Part shown: in pieces, positions 34,279 to 44,405 of the stretch | Position numbering within the stretch: the stretch's first letter is position 1 | Layout of the letters: each line of letters begins with the position of its first letter | From: an uncultured Desulfovibrio sp. | GTDB lineage: Bacteria > Desulfobacterota > Desulfovibrionia > Desulfovibrionales > Desulfovibrionaceae | Reading direction: 5' to 3' | DNA length: 64,000 nucleotides | NCBI RefSeq assembly: GCF_944324525.1 | Contig: NZ_CALUWS010000010.1 | Location: 1,404-65,403, forward strand | Position numbers and translations under genes: made by a program | The notes under the pieces: model-generated | What the model was told of the DNA's origin: nothing | Databases searched by the model: none | Seen by the model: only the letters and a program-made list of their open reading frames with translations

Positions 34279-36445
34279 CAGCGAAAAACTCGGCAGCGAA
34301 TCCGCGTACCACAAGGATATCGACAGCGCGCTGGAAGACGGCTTCCTGCGCCGGACCCTGGATACCTTTGCCGTGGCCTACCGGGCCAACCGCGAAGCCA
34401 TCTTCAAGGAAGTGGACGAGCGCGGCCTCATCCGGCAGATCGCCGACGCCAAGGACGACGCCTGCCGGCACATGGAAGAGCTCTATACGCAGTTCCGGGC
34501 CGAGGCGGAAAAGCGCGGCGTCATCGTGCACCGGGCGGGCACGGCCGCCGACGCCAACGAGATCATCGCCCGCATCGCCAAGGAGAACGACGTCAAGTAC
34601 GTCATCAAGTCCAAGTCCATGACCGCCGAGGAGATCCACCTCAATACGCGGCTGGAGGCCGACGGCCTCGTGGTGGACGAGACCGACCTTGGCGAGTGGA
34701 TCATCCAGCTGCGCCATGAAGGCCCCTCGCACATGGTCATGCCCGCCATCCACCTTTCCCGCCAGCAGGTGGCCGACGACTTCGCCAAGGCCACCGGCGA
34801 CCCGCAGGACACGGACGTGCAGCGTCTGGTCAAGGTGGCCCGCGTGCAGCTGCGCCGCAAGTACCTGCGCGCGGACATGGGCGTGAGCGGCTGCAACTTC
34901 GCCGTGGCCGAGAACGGCAGCGTGAGCACCGTCACCAATGAAGGCAATGCCGAAATGGTGACCACCCTGCCGCGCGTGCACGTGGTGCTGGCCGGTCTGG
35001 ACAAGCTCGTGCCCACGCTGGACGTGGCCCTGACGGCCCTGCAGGTGCTGCCCCGCAACGCCACGGCCCAGCGCCTGACCTCCTACGTCACCTTCATGGA
35101 CGGCGCGGGCGACTGCGCGGCCTCCCCGACCGGCAAGAAGATCATGCATGTGGTCTTCCTGGACAACGGCCGTACCGAGATCGCCAAGGACCCGATCTTC
35201 TCGCAGATCTTCCGCTGCGTGCGCTGCGGGGCCTGCGCCAATGTCTGCCCGGTCTTCCGTCTGGTGGGCGGCCACCGCATGGGCTATGTCTACATCGGGG
35301 CCATCGGGCTCATCCTCACCTACTTCTATCACGGGCAGGACAAGGCCCGCATCCTTAGTCAGAACTGCATCGGCTGCGAAGCCTGCAAGAACGTCTGTGC
35401 GGGCGGCATCGACCTGCCGCGCCTCATCCGGGAGATCCGCGCCCGTCTGGTGGAAAAGAACGGCGCCGGCCTGCCCATGAGCCTGCTGTCCTCGGTGATG
35501 AAGAACCGCAAGATGTTCCACAACCTCATCAAGTTCGCGAGCTTCGCCCAGCGCCCCTTCACCGGGACCGGCAAAGACAACGTGAGTTATCTGCGCCATC
35601 TGCCCGCCATCTTCCTGGGTAAGCATCAGTACAAGGCCCTGCCCGCCATCGCGGCCGAATCCTTCCGCGACCGCTGGGCCCGCATCAAGCCCGTGCTGCG
35701 CGAACCGCGCATGCGTATCGCCCTGTTCAGCGGCTGCGCGCAGGACTTCATCTTCCCCGACCAGCTGGAAGCCTTCGTCAAGCTCATGACGGCGCTCAAC
35801 GTGGAAGTGGACTTCCCCCTGGAACAGACCTGCTGCGGCCTGCCGCTGGACGTCATGGGCCAGCGGGCCACGGCCATCGAAGTGGCGCAACAGAACGTGG
35901 AAGCCTTTGCCCACAAGAAGTATGACGCCATCGTGACCCTCTGCGCGAGCTGCGCCTCGCACATCCGGAACGTCTACCCCGAGATCCTGGAGCACAGCCC
36001 CTACCGGCAGCAGGCCGAAACGCTGGTGCAGTCCGTCCAACCGTTCAGCGCCTTCCTGCATGACACGCTGGGCGTGAAGGCCGAGGACTTCAACCAGAGC
36101 GGCGAAAAGGTCACCCTGCACCTGCCCTGCCACCTCTGCCGCGGCTGCGGCGTCACGGATGCGCCGCGCGAACTCATCGCCCAGGCGGCGGAATATGTGC
36201 CCTGCACGGAAGAGGACGTCTGCTGCGGCTTCGGCGGCAGCTACTCCATGAAGTTCCCGGAAGTGGCCGCCCAGCTGCTGGAGAACAAGCTCAACAACGT
36301 GCAGGCCAGCGGCGCGGATCGCCTGGTGACCGACTGCCCCGGCTGCGTCCTGCAGATCCGCGGCGGTGTGGAAAAGAAGGGCCTTCCCGTCAAGGTGAGC
36401 CACATCGTCGAACTCATGGCCGAGAACGTGCGTACGCGCAGCTAG
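34265..36445 (+). CDS. lutB: LutB-LutA fusion: LUD domain plus 4Fe-4S ferredoxin part, fused to a CCG-domain Fe-S oxidoreductase
   Basis: 726 aa. The N-terminal two thirds resemble LutB (GEWIIQL, VSGCNFAVAENGS, CVRCGACANVCP, CIGCEACKNVC). The C-terminal third resembles LutA (FSGCAQDF, QTCCGLP, LCASC, CCGFGGSYS, DCPGC). Overlaps lutC by 14 nt. Confidence 0.88.
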   Translation: MPMSNSEKLGSESAYHKDIDSALEDGFLRRTLDTFAVAYRANREAIFKEVDERGLIRQIADAKDDACRHMEELYTQFRAEAEKRGVIVHRAGTAADANEIIARIAKENDVKYVIKSKSMTAEEIHLNTRLEADGLVVDETDLGEWIIQLRHEGPSHMVMPAIHLSRQQVADDFAKATGDPQDTDVQRLVKVARVQLRRKYLRADMGVSGCNFAVAENGSVSTVTNEGNAEMVTTLPRVHVVLAGLDKLVPTLDVALTALQVLPRNATAQRLTSYVTFMDGAGDCAASPTGKKIMHVVFLDNGRTEIAKDPIFSQIFRCVRCGACANVCPVFRLVGGHRMGYVYIGAIGLILTYFYHGQDKARILSQNCIGCEACKNVCAGGIDLPRLIREIRARLVEKNGAGLPMSLLSSVMKNRKMFHNLIKFASFAQRPFTGTGKDNVSYLRHLPAIFLGKHQYKALPAIAAESFRDRWARIKPVLREPRMRIALFSGCAQDFIFPDQLEAFVKLMTALNVEVDFPLEQTCCGLPLDVMGQRATAIEVAQQNVEAFAHKKYDAIVTLCASCASHIRNVYPEILEHSPYRQQAETLVQSVQPFSAFLHDTLGVKAEDFNQSGEKVTLHLPCHLCRGCGVTDAPRELIAQAAEYVPCTEEDVCCGFGGSYSMKFPEVAAQLLENKLNNVQASGADRLVTDCPGCVLQIRGGVEKKGLPVKVSHIVELMAENVRTRS

Positions 36446-36473
36446 GGCCTGAGACACACTTCGCTGCTTATTT

Positions 36474-36552
36474 GGGGGGAAGGGAAACCCCTCCGCCGGC
36501 GCGGAAGGGTTTTCCCTTCCCCCCAAGCCCCCCTTCCCTGCCCCAGCGCGCT
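36474..36552. repeat. Intergenic repeat family 2 copy
   Basis: GGGGGGAAGGGAAACCC ... GGGTTTTCCCTTCCCCCC inverted repeat followed by AAGCCCCCCTTCCCTGCCCCAGCGCGCTTTTA. May also act as the terminator of the lut operon. Confidence 0.7.
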
Positions 36553-36677
36553 TTTAGAGCGTTTCACCTTTGAAAAAGGTGAAACGCGAGGCGGCGGCAC
36601 AGCGCCGCCCGGCCCAAAGAGAGCAGAAAAACCGCGTTTTTTCCGCGAAACGCCAGGCCGTAACTAAAATTGCTCTA
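36553..36677 (+). repeat. Intergenic repeat family 1 copy (lacks the third hairpin module)
   Basis: GAGCGTTTCACCTTTGAAAAAGGTGAAACGCGAGGCGGCGGCACAGCGCCGCC...GAAAAACCGCGTTTTTTCCGCGAAACGCCAGGCCGTA...TGCTCT. Confidence 0.85.
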
Positions 36678-36724
36678 AAAGAAAGGCGGCGAACAGGCAT
36701 CTGACCTGTCCGCCGCCTTTCTTT
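36678..36724. terminator. Bidirectional terminator between the lut operon and fliW
   Basis: AAAGGCGGCGAACAGG-CATCTGA-CCTGTCCGCCGCCTTT: a 16-bp stem with one mismatch, flanked by A-rich and T-rich runs. Confidence 0.75.
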
Positions 36725-36742
36725 GGGCTGTGATATGTTCGC

Positions 36743-37216
36743 CTAGGCCTTTTCGGCTTTCTGGCTCTTGCGTTCAAACACTTCGCGGAAGCTGACCTTC
36801 TGCGGTCCGTCGCCGGACTGCGGCACCTGCAGGCCCACGCGCGTCTTGAAGTTGATGACGATGGGGCCGCTCAGGTTGAGGCAAGCTTCTTCCGGCTTGC
36901 CCATGGGGATGGAGACCGTCACCAGGATGGCCGCATCCTCGGGCTTTTCCAGCCCCAGCAGCATCTGCTCCGCATCGCCGATGATGACGGGATAGGAGTC
37001 AAGGAAGCTGTAGGGGTCCGTGACCATCAGGCCCAGCGTGGGCGTTTCCGTGCTCTGCAGGATGAGCAGCGCGCCGCCCTGCTGAATCTGCAGCAAGGTA
37101 AAGGAATGCTCGTTTTCCAGTCCGGCAAGGCCACGGGGGAAGTTGATGATCTTGTCGGCTTCGATGCTCCGACGGCCAAGACGGGTGTCGATCTCTAGGG
37201 CTTTGTTCTCTTCCAT
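36743..37216 (-). CDS. fliW: Flagellar assembly factor FliW
   Basis: 157 aa. [30 protein letters not shown] and NLSGPIVIN motifs. Confidence 0.88.
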   Translation of the reverse strand: MEENKALEIDTRLGRRSIEADKIINFPRGLAGLENEHSFTLLQIQQGGALLILQSTETPTLGLMVTDPYSFLDSYPVIIGDAEQMLLGLEKPEDAAILVTVSIPMGKPEEACLNLSGPIVINFKTRVGLQVPQSGDGPQKVSFREVFERKSQKAEKA

Positions 37217-37431
37217 AGCTGCAATGCCACCATAAGGTCTTCATTGTTAGAGGGAATGGCGCCTTTGTTTTCCTCTTCAGCGCGTTTATAAAGCTCTTCT
37301 CGGTATACTGTCGTATCCGCGGGGATATCAAGTCCCAATTTGACTTGCTTACCCTGCATGCTCAACACGGTTATTCGGATGTTCTCTCCAAGACAGATGC
37401 TTTCCCCTGGACGACGGGCAAGTATGAGCAT
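37195..37431 (-). CDS. csrA: Carbon storage regulator CsrA (FliW-partner type with a C-terminal extension)
   Basis: [48 protein letters not shown]. Its 3' end overlaps the fliW start by 22 nt. Confidence 0.93.
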   Translation of the reverse strand: MLILARRPGESICLGENIRITVLSMQGKQVKLGLDIPADTTVYREELYKRAEEENKGAIPSNNEDLMVALQLWKRTKP

Positions 37432-37441
37432 ATGCCGTCCA

Positions 37442-39007
37442 TTAGAGGAAATTGGAAAGATTGAGCTGCATGATCATGGACGATGATTGCAGCACCATGC
37501 TGTAGGTCATCTGCTGGCGCGTAAGATTGGTCAGCAGTTCCGTCAGGTCGATGTCTTCCACGTTGCTCAGCAGCTCCTGCTGGTCCAGCTTGCGGAAATC
37601 CAGGATGTCGTAGACGGTCTCCACGCGGTTTTCCTTGGCGCCGATCTTGGCGGCCTGAGATTCCACGTAGGGCATGCAGGTCTTGTCCAGCTTGGCCAGC
37701 ACCTGAGCGCAACCGTCGCGGTTGTCGCACTCCAGATAGGCGATGAATTCGCCCGCCAGTTCAAAGACGTTCTGGTCGGTGGGCAGAGCGGGCTTGCCCT
37801 GATAGTAGCCGCCGAAGATCTCCATGCCCACGTTGTTCACGGAAACATAGGTGTCTTCCATGATCTCGTAATTGAGGTCAGCGCGGTCGGGATGCACCAT
37901 GATCTGCGCGCCGGCGGGGATGGTGGAACCGCCCGCGACGCCGGCGGTATTAAAATCCATATAACCGCCGGGGATGGTCAGACGCAGGGTGTCGCCGCCG
38001 GTGGTCGTGCCCTTGGCCGTCACCCAGTTGTTGCCGCCGTCGGTGCTGTAGGAGTAGGTGAACTCATTGCCGGCAGTGGCCAGATCCGCATCCGTATCGA
38101 AGCGCACCAGCACGTCCTTGCCGAAATTGCCCGTGGCGGAGACCTGATCCTTGCTCAGGCCGTCCTGACCGCCCATGACCACGATGTCCGGCGGAGGATT
38201 GTTGTCGTCGCCCTTGTACACAGCCGTAGGCCGGATATAGAGCAGGGTCCCGTTATTGGCGCCAGGGCCGGTATCCACATCGGCGGCCTTGGTCTGCAGC
38301 CCGCGCGGCACGGTGAGCCGCACGCCGTTGGCGTCGATGGTAAAGGAGGCGTTGGGGTCGGCATTGGCCGCCAGCGTCCCTTCCGTCCAGGTCGCACCGC
38401 CGTCGGCGGACCAGCGGTAGGTCAGGTCGTCGTCGCCCACGGTGCCGTCGCTGGTGAACTGCACCATGACGGTGCTCTTGGAGGAACCTTCGATGCTGAA
38501 GGCCCCTTCATTGGCGGCCTCGGCCCAGTTCTCGTCCCAGGTGGTCACGGCAAGGGATTCCTCGAAGGCGTTGATGTCGTACTTGTGCCCGCCGAAGATG
38601 CTCTTGCCGTCGAATTCCGTATTGCCCAGATTGAGCAGGGAGCCGAAAAGGGCACGCGCTTCGTCGGCCATGATCCTGCGCTGTTCGGCGTTGTAGGTGT
38701 CCGTGGAGGCCTGTTCGGCCAGCTCCTTGAGCTGGGTCAGCACATTGCTGGTCTGGGTGGCCACCACGTTGTCGGCCAGCTGCAGCCAGCCCTTGGCGGT
38801 CTCCACATTGGTCTTGTACTGATCCGTGTTCTGGATCTCGTTACGGGCGGTCAGCACCCGGAAAGCGCCGGCGGGATCGTCCGACGGACGGTTGATGCGC
38901 TTTTGCGTCGACCCCTGCATGACGCTTTCCATATAGGCAGCAAGACTGTTCTGCATGTTGTTGATCATGCTGCCGTACATATTACGCTGCGTTACGCGGA
39001 TTGCCAT
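37442..39007 (-). CDS. flgL: Flagellar hook-associated protein 3 (FlgL)
   Basis: 521 aa. N-terminal RVTQRNMY...[13 protein letters not shown] and a C-terminal flagellin-like helix ([30 protein letters not shown]). AAGGAGG Shine-Dalgarno. Confidence 0.9.
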   Translation of the reverse strand: MAIRVTQRNMYGSMINNMQNSLAAYMESVMQGSTQKRINRPSDDPAGAFRVLTARNEIQNTDQYKTNVETAKGWLQLADNVVATQTSNVLTQLKELAEQASTDTYNAEQRRIMADEARALFGSLLNLGNTEFDGKSIFGGHKYDINAFEESLAVTTWDENWAEAANEGAFSIEGSSKSTVMVQFTSDGTVGDDDLTYRWSADGGATWTEGTLAANADPNASFTIDANGVRLTVPRGLQTKAADVDTGPGANNGTLLYIRPTAVYKGDDNNPPPDIVVMGGQDGLSKDQVSATGNFGKDVLVRFDTDADLATAGNEFTYSYSTDGGNNWVTAKGTTTGGDTLRLTIPGGYMDFNTAGVAGGSTIPAGAQIMVHPDRADLNYEIMEDTYVSVNNVGMEIFGGYYQGKPALPTDQNVFELAGEFIAYLECDNRDGCAQVLAKLDKTCMPYVESQAAKIGAKENRVETVYDILDFRKLDQQELLSNVEDIDLTELLTNLTRQQMTYSMVLQSSSMIMQLNLSNFL

Positions 39008-39026
39008 GATGTCCCCTCCTTGTGCC

Positions 39027-41153
39027 CTACTGCTTGAGTCCCAGCAGGGTCTCCAGCATCTGGTCGGCCGTGGTGATGAGCTTGGCGGCTGCCGTGTAGG
39101 AGCTCTGGTACTTGATGAGATTGGCCAGTTCCTCGTCCAGGTTGACGCCGGACACGGAGGCCACGCGGTCGCTCAGATCCTGGGTGAGCGTGGTGTTGTA
39201 CTCGGCATTGGTCTTGGCCTGGAGCCGGTCCGAACCCACGGTGGTGACGAGGTTGGAATAGTACGAGGTGATGCTCTGGTTATCCACGGTCTTCCAGACG
39301 GTGGAGATCACCACGTTCTTGGTGGACAGCAGGCCCATGTCGTTGGCCAGCGAGTTGTCGCCCACGTTCATCTGGTACTGACCATTGACGCGGCCCGCGG
39401 CCACCAGATCCGCATCCTGATACAGCTCGTTGTTGATGGCCATGCTGGAGGCGTCGGTGCCGGAGAAGAAGCCGTTGATGCCCAGCGCGGCCATGAGACC
39501 GCTGCTGTCCGCGCCCATGGCGAAGTTCACGTTGCTGTCGGGATTGGCTTCGATGAGCAGCCGGCCGTCCTGGATGGTGGCGTTGAGCATATTGTTGCCC
39601 GCCGCATCCGGGAAGGAACGGTTGATGGCGTCGCGCACGTCCTCGAGCGTATGCACTGAGGGATCGAAGTTCTGGACGCCGGGCGTGGCGGCGTCGAAGT
39701 CCAGCATGCCGGAGGAGACGTGTTCCCCGGTGGTCTTGTCGTAGAAGTGGAAGTTGACGTTGCCCGCCTGGAGACGGTCGCTGTAGGCGTGCATGGCCTG
39801 CGGCGAACCCAGCGCCTGATTGATGGCCCCGATGGTCTGCGTGCCCTGCGCGTAGTCCAGCGGCTTCAGGCCGACGCCCTGGCTGTGCAGGCGGTTCACT
39901 TCCCAGATGAGGGCTTCGGCCGTGGCGTTGACTTCGTCCAGATAGCGGTTGCAGTTGTCGTCACGAATGTTGAAATAGGACGCCAGCTTGCCGCCGGTCA
40001 CGCGGTTGGTGTTCTCCGTGCCGTTGAGGTAGCGCTGCGGCGTGACGTTTTCCGGACCGCGGGTGGGCTCGATCCAGTAGAGGGCGCGCTTGGGCACGAT
40101 GTCGAAATTGTCGCCCGTATGGAAGTTCTGCGTATCGGTGAAGGAGACGGTCAGGTTCTTCACCTTGACCGGGTCGATCTTGCCGTCGCCGTCGTTGTCC
40201 GTGATGTCGTAGCGCAGCTCCTGACCGTTGTCGTCGCGCAGCCAGGTCTTGCCGCCGTCCAGGGACACGCGGAAGGACGGCGGCGGGTTGTCGCCCACAT
40301 TGCCGCCGTTGACGATCTCGACGGTGTACTCGAAGCCGTCGGAGCCTTCAAATTCGATCTGACCCTGATAGGTGGATTCCGGGCGCAGGCGATTCTCGGC
40401 CTGCGGATCCAGCATCTCCAGTTCCCAGGATTCCTGCTTGTCCACCAGCGGCTGACCGGTGGTCAGCTGTACGCGGAAGTCGCCCTTGCCGTTGTCGATG
40501 GTCTCCACATCCACAAGGGTCGCCAGCTCGCGCACCAGGCGGTCGCGCTCGTCATACAGGTTGTTGGGATTGCTGATCCCTTCCACCGTATTGGCCGTGA
40601 TCTGCTTGTTGACGTCGGCGATGGCCTTGGAGATCTCGTTGACGCGGGCGACGGTCTCGTCGATGGACTTGTCCATGTCGCTCTGCAGCTGCTTGATGCT
40701 GTCCACCGTGGAGGAGAACATATCCCCCATGGATTCGGCATAGGAGAGCAGCGCCTCACGGTGGGCCGTGCTGTCGGGATAGAGCGCCAGATCCTTCCAG
40801 GCATCGAAGAAGAGACCGAGGGAGGAGTTCACGCCGGCGCGGTTGGACTCGTTGAAGAGCCCTTCCAGCGAGGTCATGATGGTGTCCTGCTCGTTCCAGC
40901 GGGAGGACACGGTGGACTGGCGCACGTAGGAGCGTTCCAGGAAGGCGTCATAGTAACGCAGCACCTGCTGGGCGTTGACCCCCAGCCCCTGAGCGCCGGG
41001 CTTGGCCTGGATGGCGTAGGAATCGCGCTGATCGACATACTGGCGCGAGTAACCTTCGGTATCCGCATTGGCGATATTGTTGCCGGTAACGGATATCCAC
41101 GCCTGCGAGGCGTTCAGGGCCGACTTCCCTATGTTCATCAAACCACTCAGCAT
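39027..41153 (-). CDS. flgK: Flagellar hook-associated protein 1 (FlgK)
   Basis: GLMNIGKSALNASQAWISVTGNNIANADTEGYSRQ N-terminus and LANLIKYQSSYTAAAKLITTADQMLETLL C-terminus. ATG 41153 lies 8 nt after GGGAGG; the ORF track begins at GTG 41159. Confidence 0.92.
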   Translation of the reverse strand: MLSGLMNIGKSALNASQAWISVTGNNIANADTEGYSRQYVDQRDSYAIQAKPGAQGLGVNAQQVLRYYDAFLERSYVRQSTVSSRWNEQDTIMTSLEGLFNESNRAGVNSSLGLFFDAWKDLALYPDSTAHREALLSYAESMGDMFSSTVDSIKQLQSDMDKSIDETVARVNEISKAIADVNKQITANTVEGISNPNNLYDERDRLVRELATLVDVETIDNGKGDFRVQLTTGQPLVDKQESWELEMLDPQAENRLRPESTYQGQIEFEGSDGFEYTVEIVNGGNVGDNPPPSFRVSLDGGKTWLRDDNGQELRYDITDNDGDGKIDPVKVKNLTVSFTDTQNFHTGDNFDIVPKRALYWIEPTRGPENVTPQRYLNGTENTNRVTGGKLASYFNIRDDNCNRYLDEVNATAEALIWEVNRLHSQGVGLKPLDYAQGTQTIGAINQALGSPQAMHAYSDRLQAGNVNFHFYDKTTGEHVSSGMLDFDAATPGVQNFDPSVHTLEDVRDAINRSFPDAAGNNMLNATIQDGRLLIEANPDSNVNFAMGADSSGLMAALGINGFFSGTDASSMAINNELYQDADLVAAGRVNGQYQMNVGDNSLANDMGLLSTKNVVISTVWKTVDNQSITSYYSNLVTTVGSDRLQAKTNAEYNTTLTQDLSDRVASVSGVNLDEELANLIKYQSSYTAAAKLITTADQMLETLLGLKQ

Positions 41154-41155
41154 AA

Positions 41156-41623
41156 TCACAGCCTCCCGGAAATAATGGCCGCATCAGGATGCGCCTTGTA
41201 GCACATGGTCCCCTGCGATCCGTAGATTTCGGCATCTGGGGGGGTGACCTGCTTGGTCAGATGACGAAGATTGCGCGTGCTCTGGTCAAGCAGCGCAAGC
41301 GAAAGCTGGGCATTGCGGGACGCCTGACGCGCCGCACGCTGTTCCCCCCTGTCCACTTCAGCAAAAATATTCCGCAACTCGTCAGCCTGTTCTTCCGGCA
41401 GCGTCTCGGCGTATGCAAGCACACGCTGCCCCGCAAGCGTCTGGATCACGCAACTTTTCTCCACTGCGATCTGACGTATGAGCTCTTGAAGAGAGAACTC
41501 CAGCGCCACTACGGCTTCCGTCTTGCGGTCCATGATGGAAAAATATTCCTCTTCCAGCAGCTCGAACAACAGTGACAACGCCTTCGCCTGACGTTGCAGA
41601 GATTGGCTAACGATTTGAAACAT
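41156..41623 (-). CDS. flgN: FlgN-like flagellar export chaperone
   Basis: ORF trimmed to MFQIVSQSLQRQAKALSLLFELLEEEYFSIMDRK. All-helical, about 155 aa, sits directly upstream of flgK. AAGGA Shine-Dalgarno 8 nt upstream; an alternative ATG is at 41629. Confidence 0.7.
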   Translation of the reverse strand: MFQIVSQSLQRQAKALSLLFELLEEEYFSIMDRKTEAVVALEFSLQELIRQIAVEKSCVIQTLAGQRVLAYAETLPEEQADELRNIFAEVDRGEQRAARQASRNAQLSLALLDQSTRNLRHLTKQVTPPDAEIYGSQGTMCYKAHPDAAIISGRL

Positions 41624-41711
41624 ACGCATATCCTTACAGTTTTTGCATGCGTCCCCTGCTAATGCGACCGGCGGCATTTTCTGCCGCCGGCGGAGCGTGC
41701 ACTTACTATCG

Positions 41712-41727
41712 TGCAAGAGATATGCCG
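41712..41727 (-). promoter_or_regulatory. Candidate sigma54 promoter for flgN-flgK-flgL-csrA-fliW
   Basis: Minus strand CGGCATATCTCTTGCA has correct GG-N10-GC spacing and a TTGCA -12 box. Lies in the flgJ-flgN gap, about 90 nt upstream of flgN. Confidence 0.45.
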
Positions 41728-41740
41728 ATTGTGGACAAGG

Positions 41741-43258
41741 CTACATGGGAACGCCCGCGATAAGCGCTTCTTCCGCGCTCAGGCGGGACTTGCCGGCCTT
41801 CTGCGCCGGCTGGAGGACAGGCGTCTGCCCCATGCTTGCGTGGGGCGCGGTCAGCGGCGGGATGCCGGAGGCCGGCATCTGCTGCTGTCCCGGCTGCGCC
41901 TGCGCCGTCGCCTGCGCGCCGCTCAGCGGGGCCACGGGAGCCTGTCCGGCCTGCGGCTGGCCCTGCAGGGCATTCATGTTCTGCTGCTGCATGTGGGCCT
42001 GCAGCTGCGAAGCCTCAAGCTGGGCGGCCTGCGGCGTCTGTATCACCTGCTGGGCCGCGGCGCTGTTGCCCTGGGCATGATAGGCACGTATGCCCTGGCC
42101 GGCCTTCTGCCCTCCGGCATCCACATTGAGGGTGCGGATAAGATCCTGATTGAGGCCCTGCCGCAGCTGTTGCGCCTGCTGCGGGATATTGGTCTGATAA
42201 CGGACGCGCACCACATCCTGACCGCTGGCCGGCTGGGCGGCGGGCTGCGGCGCGGCGGCGGGCATGGCCCCGGCCGTCATGCCGGCCGGCGTGAACGGCG
42301 CTGCCGGCTGCGCGATCTGAGCGGGGGTCAGGGGCGGCTGCATGGCCGCCTGCATGGCGGCGGGACTGCCCACCGGCGATGCGGCCGCGATGTAACCGCT
42401 CCCCTGGGCGGCAGTCCCCGTCTGGGGAGCGTTGGCGGGAGCTGTGGCCTGCCAGACGTTTTCCTCCTGCCGCCTGCGCCGCGAGGCGGGCCGTACGCCG
42501 TTGCCGAGCTTGTCGCCGGCCTGCCGGTGCGCCTGCTGGGCCATCTGCAGGCCCGAGAGCTGGTCGGAGCTGCGCTGATGCCGGCGAACCTCGATCCGCT
42601 GCTTTTCCGGCTGCGGGGCGGCAGGCGGCTGCAAGGCCGCCAGCTGCGGCTGCACCGCCGGCTGCTGTCCGGCTGTCTGGGGAGCGGCCTGGGCGGCGTC
42701 CTGATCCACCACGCCGCTCACCGGCGCATATCCTTCATAGATGGCGGCCCCCTGCGGAGCTGCGGGGGAAGCTTCCGCCACCACGGCGGCCGGCTTGCCG
42801 TCAACCGGGCTCTTCGCGGCATCAGGCGCGACCAGCGGGGCCGCCTGGGCCACGAAGGCCGGCGCGCGTCCGGCCGACCCGGCGGTGCCGCGGCTGGCCG
42901 AGACCAGATTGCGCGAAAGCTGCTCGTACATCATGTCCGCAAGACCGATGCCGCCCACGCTGGCCATGGACTTGGCCAGCTCCTGATCGTACATGTCCTG
43001 CCACATCTTCTCGTCACGGCTTTGCAGCAGGCCGTTCTGCGGCAGCGTGGCGCGCATCTGCTGCCACATCTTCTGGATGAAGATGGACTCGAAGCCCTCG
43101 CAGGCTTCGCGCAGCCGCTTTTCCTTCTGCTCGGGCGTGAGGCGGCTGGAGGCGGACTCGTTGAGGCCGCGCACCCTGTTCTGCAGCTCAAGCTGCCGTC
43201 CCTGACTCTGGCCGAGCGAGGCCTGCATCATGCTGGAATCCAGTGAAGAAGCGCCCAT
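41741..43258 (-). CDS. flgJ: FlgJ-like rod-binding protein with a long Gln/Ala/Pro-rich C-terminal region and no recognisable muramidase domain
   Basis: The N-terminal ACEGFESIFIQKMWQQMR...DMYDQELAKSMA...GIGLADMMYEQL is the FlgJ rod-binding domain. The remaining roughly 380 aa are low-complexity. Its start abuts the flgI stop (TAAATG). Confidence 0.8.
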   Translation of the reverse strand: MGASSLDSSMMQASLGQSQGRQLELQNRVRGLNESASSRLTPEQKEKRLREACEGFESIFIQKMWQQMRATLPQNGLLQSRDEKMWQDMYDQELAKSMASVGGIGLADMMYEQLSRNLVSASRGTAGSAGRAPAFVAQAAPLVAPDAAKSPVDGKPAAVVAEASPAAPQGAAIYEGYAPVSGVVDQDAAQAAPQTAGQQPAVQPQLAALQPPAAPQPEKQRIEVRRHQRSSDQLSGLQMAQQAHRQAGDKLGNGVRPASRRRRQEENVWQATAPANAPQTGTAAQGSGYIAAASPVGSPAAMQAAMQPPLTPAQIAQPAAPFTPAGMTAGAMPAAAPQPAAQPASGQDVVRVRYQTNIPQQAQQLRQGLNQDLIRTLNVDAGGQKAGQGIRAYHAQGNSAAAQQVIQTPQAAQLEASQLQAHMQQQNMNALQGQPQAGQAPVAPLSGAQATAQAQPGQQQMPASGIPPLTAPHASMGQTPVLQPAQKAGKSRLSAEEALIAGVPM

Positions 43259-44365
43259 TTAGATCACCTCCAGGCTGGCATGCAGAGAGCCCGATGCCTG
43301 CAATGTTCTCAGGATCGAAATAAGGTCGCGGGGCGTGGCGCCGATGGCGTTGAGTCCGTCCACCAGCTCCTGCAGGGTCGCGCCTTCCACCATCATCAGG
43401 CGGCGGTTCTCCACGCGCACGTTGATGTCCGTCCCCGGGGTGACCACCGTCTGTCCGGCGGAGAAGGGGCCGGGCTGCGAGACCTGCTCGCTCTCCTGCA
43501 CCACGATCTGCAGGTTGCCGTGCGCCACGGCCGCCTGGGATATGCGCACATCGCGCCCAAGCACCACGGTGCCCGTCTTTTCGTCCACAACCACCTTGGC
43601 GGGGACATCGGGCGAGACTTCGAGGTTTTCCACCGAGGCCATGAGCGGCACCAGATTGCTGCGGTACTGCGGCGGCACATTGACCACCACGGAGCTCGCG
43701 TCCTGCGCATTGGCGAAGGGCCCGCCCATGGCTTCATTGAGCCGCTCCGCTATCTGCTGGGCCGTGGAAAAGTCGGCCATACGCATATTGAGGGTCAGCT
43801 GATCCTGCTGATTGAATTCAAAGGGGATGGCGCGCTCCACGATGGCCCCGCCGGGGATGGTGCCCACGGTGGGGATGTTCTGGGCCGCACGGGCCGCCGC
43901 GCCGGTGATGGAAAAGCCGCCCACGGTCAGGGGGCCCTGCGCGAGGGAATAGATCTTGCCGTCCACCCCCTTGAGCGCCGTCTGCAGCAGCACGCCGCCC
44001 AGCAGGGACGTGGCGTCCCCCACGGAAGACACGGTCACGTCCAGCCGCGTGCCCGGCTTGGCCGACACCGGCATGCGGGCCGTCACCATGACCGACGCCA
44101 CGTTCTTGACCTTGAGCGCATCGGCATCCACCCCTACGCCCATGCGGTCCATCATGTTTTTCATGGAACTCATGGTAAAGACGGAATTTTTCTTGTCGCC
44201 CGTCCCGGCCAGACCGACGACCAGACCATAACCGATGAGCTGGTTGTCACGAACGCCGGAAAAGGTGGCGATATCCTTGATGCGCACGGCCTCCGCCCGC
44301 CCCGGCAGGGACAGGATCATCAAGGCCAGCAGGAACGACACAATGCGAACCGGATTCAGATTCAT
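43259..44365 (-). CDS. flgI: Flagellar P-ring protein FlgI
   Basis: 368 aa with a signal peptide. [30 protein letters not shown], and C-terminal [38 protein letters not shown]. Confidence 0.95.
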   Translation of the reverse strand: MNLNPVRIVSFLLALMILSLPGRAEAVRIKDIATFSGVRDNQLIGYGLVVGLAGTGDKKNSVFTMSSMKNMMDRMGVGVDADALKVKNVASVMVTARMPVSAKPGTRLDVTVSSVGDATSLLGGVLLQTALKGVDGKIYSLAQGPLTVGGFSITGAAARAAQNIPTVGTIPGGAIVERAIPFEFNQQDQLTLNMRMADFSTAQQIAERLNEAMGGPFANAQDASSVVVNVPPQYRSNLVPLMASVENLEVSPDVPAKVVVDEKTGTVVLGRDVRISQAAVAHGNLQIVVQESEQVSQPGPFSAGQTVVTPGTDINVRVENRRLMMVEGATLQELVDGLNAIGATPRDLISILRTLQASGSLHASLEVI

Positions 44366-44405
44366 TCGCTATTCTCCTCTGCCGACAACACGGCGCAGGA
44401 GAATT

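Noticed and set aside
34211-36526. 771-aa minus-strand ORF opposite lutB-lutA
   Set aside because: It is antisense to a protein with clear Fe-S and CCG motifs. Its composition (Ala/Gly/Arg/His-rich, no domains) marks it as a GC-driven open frame.
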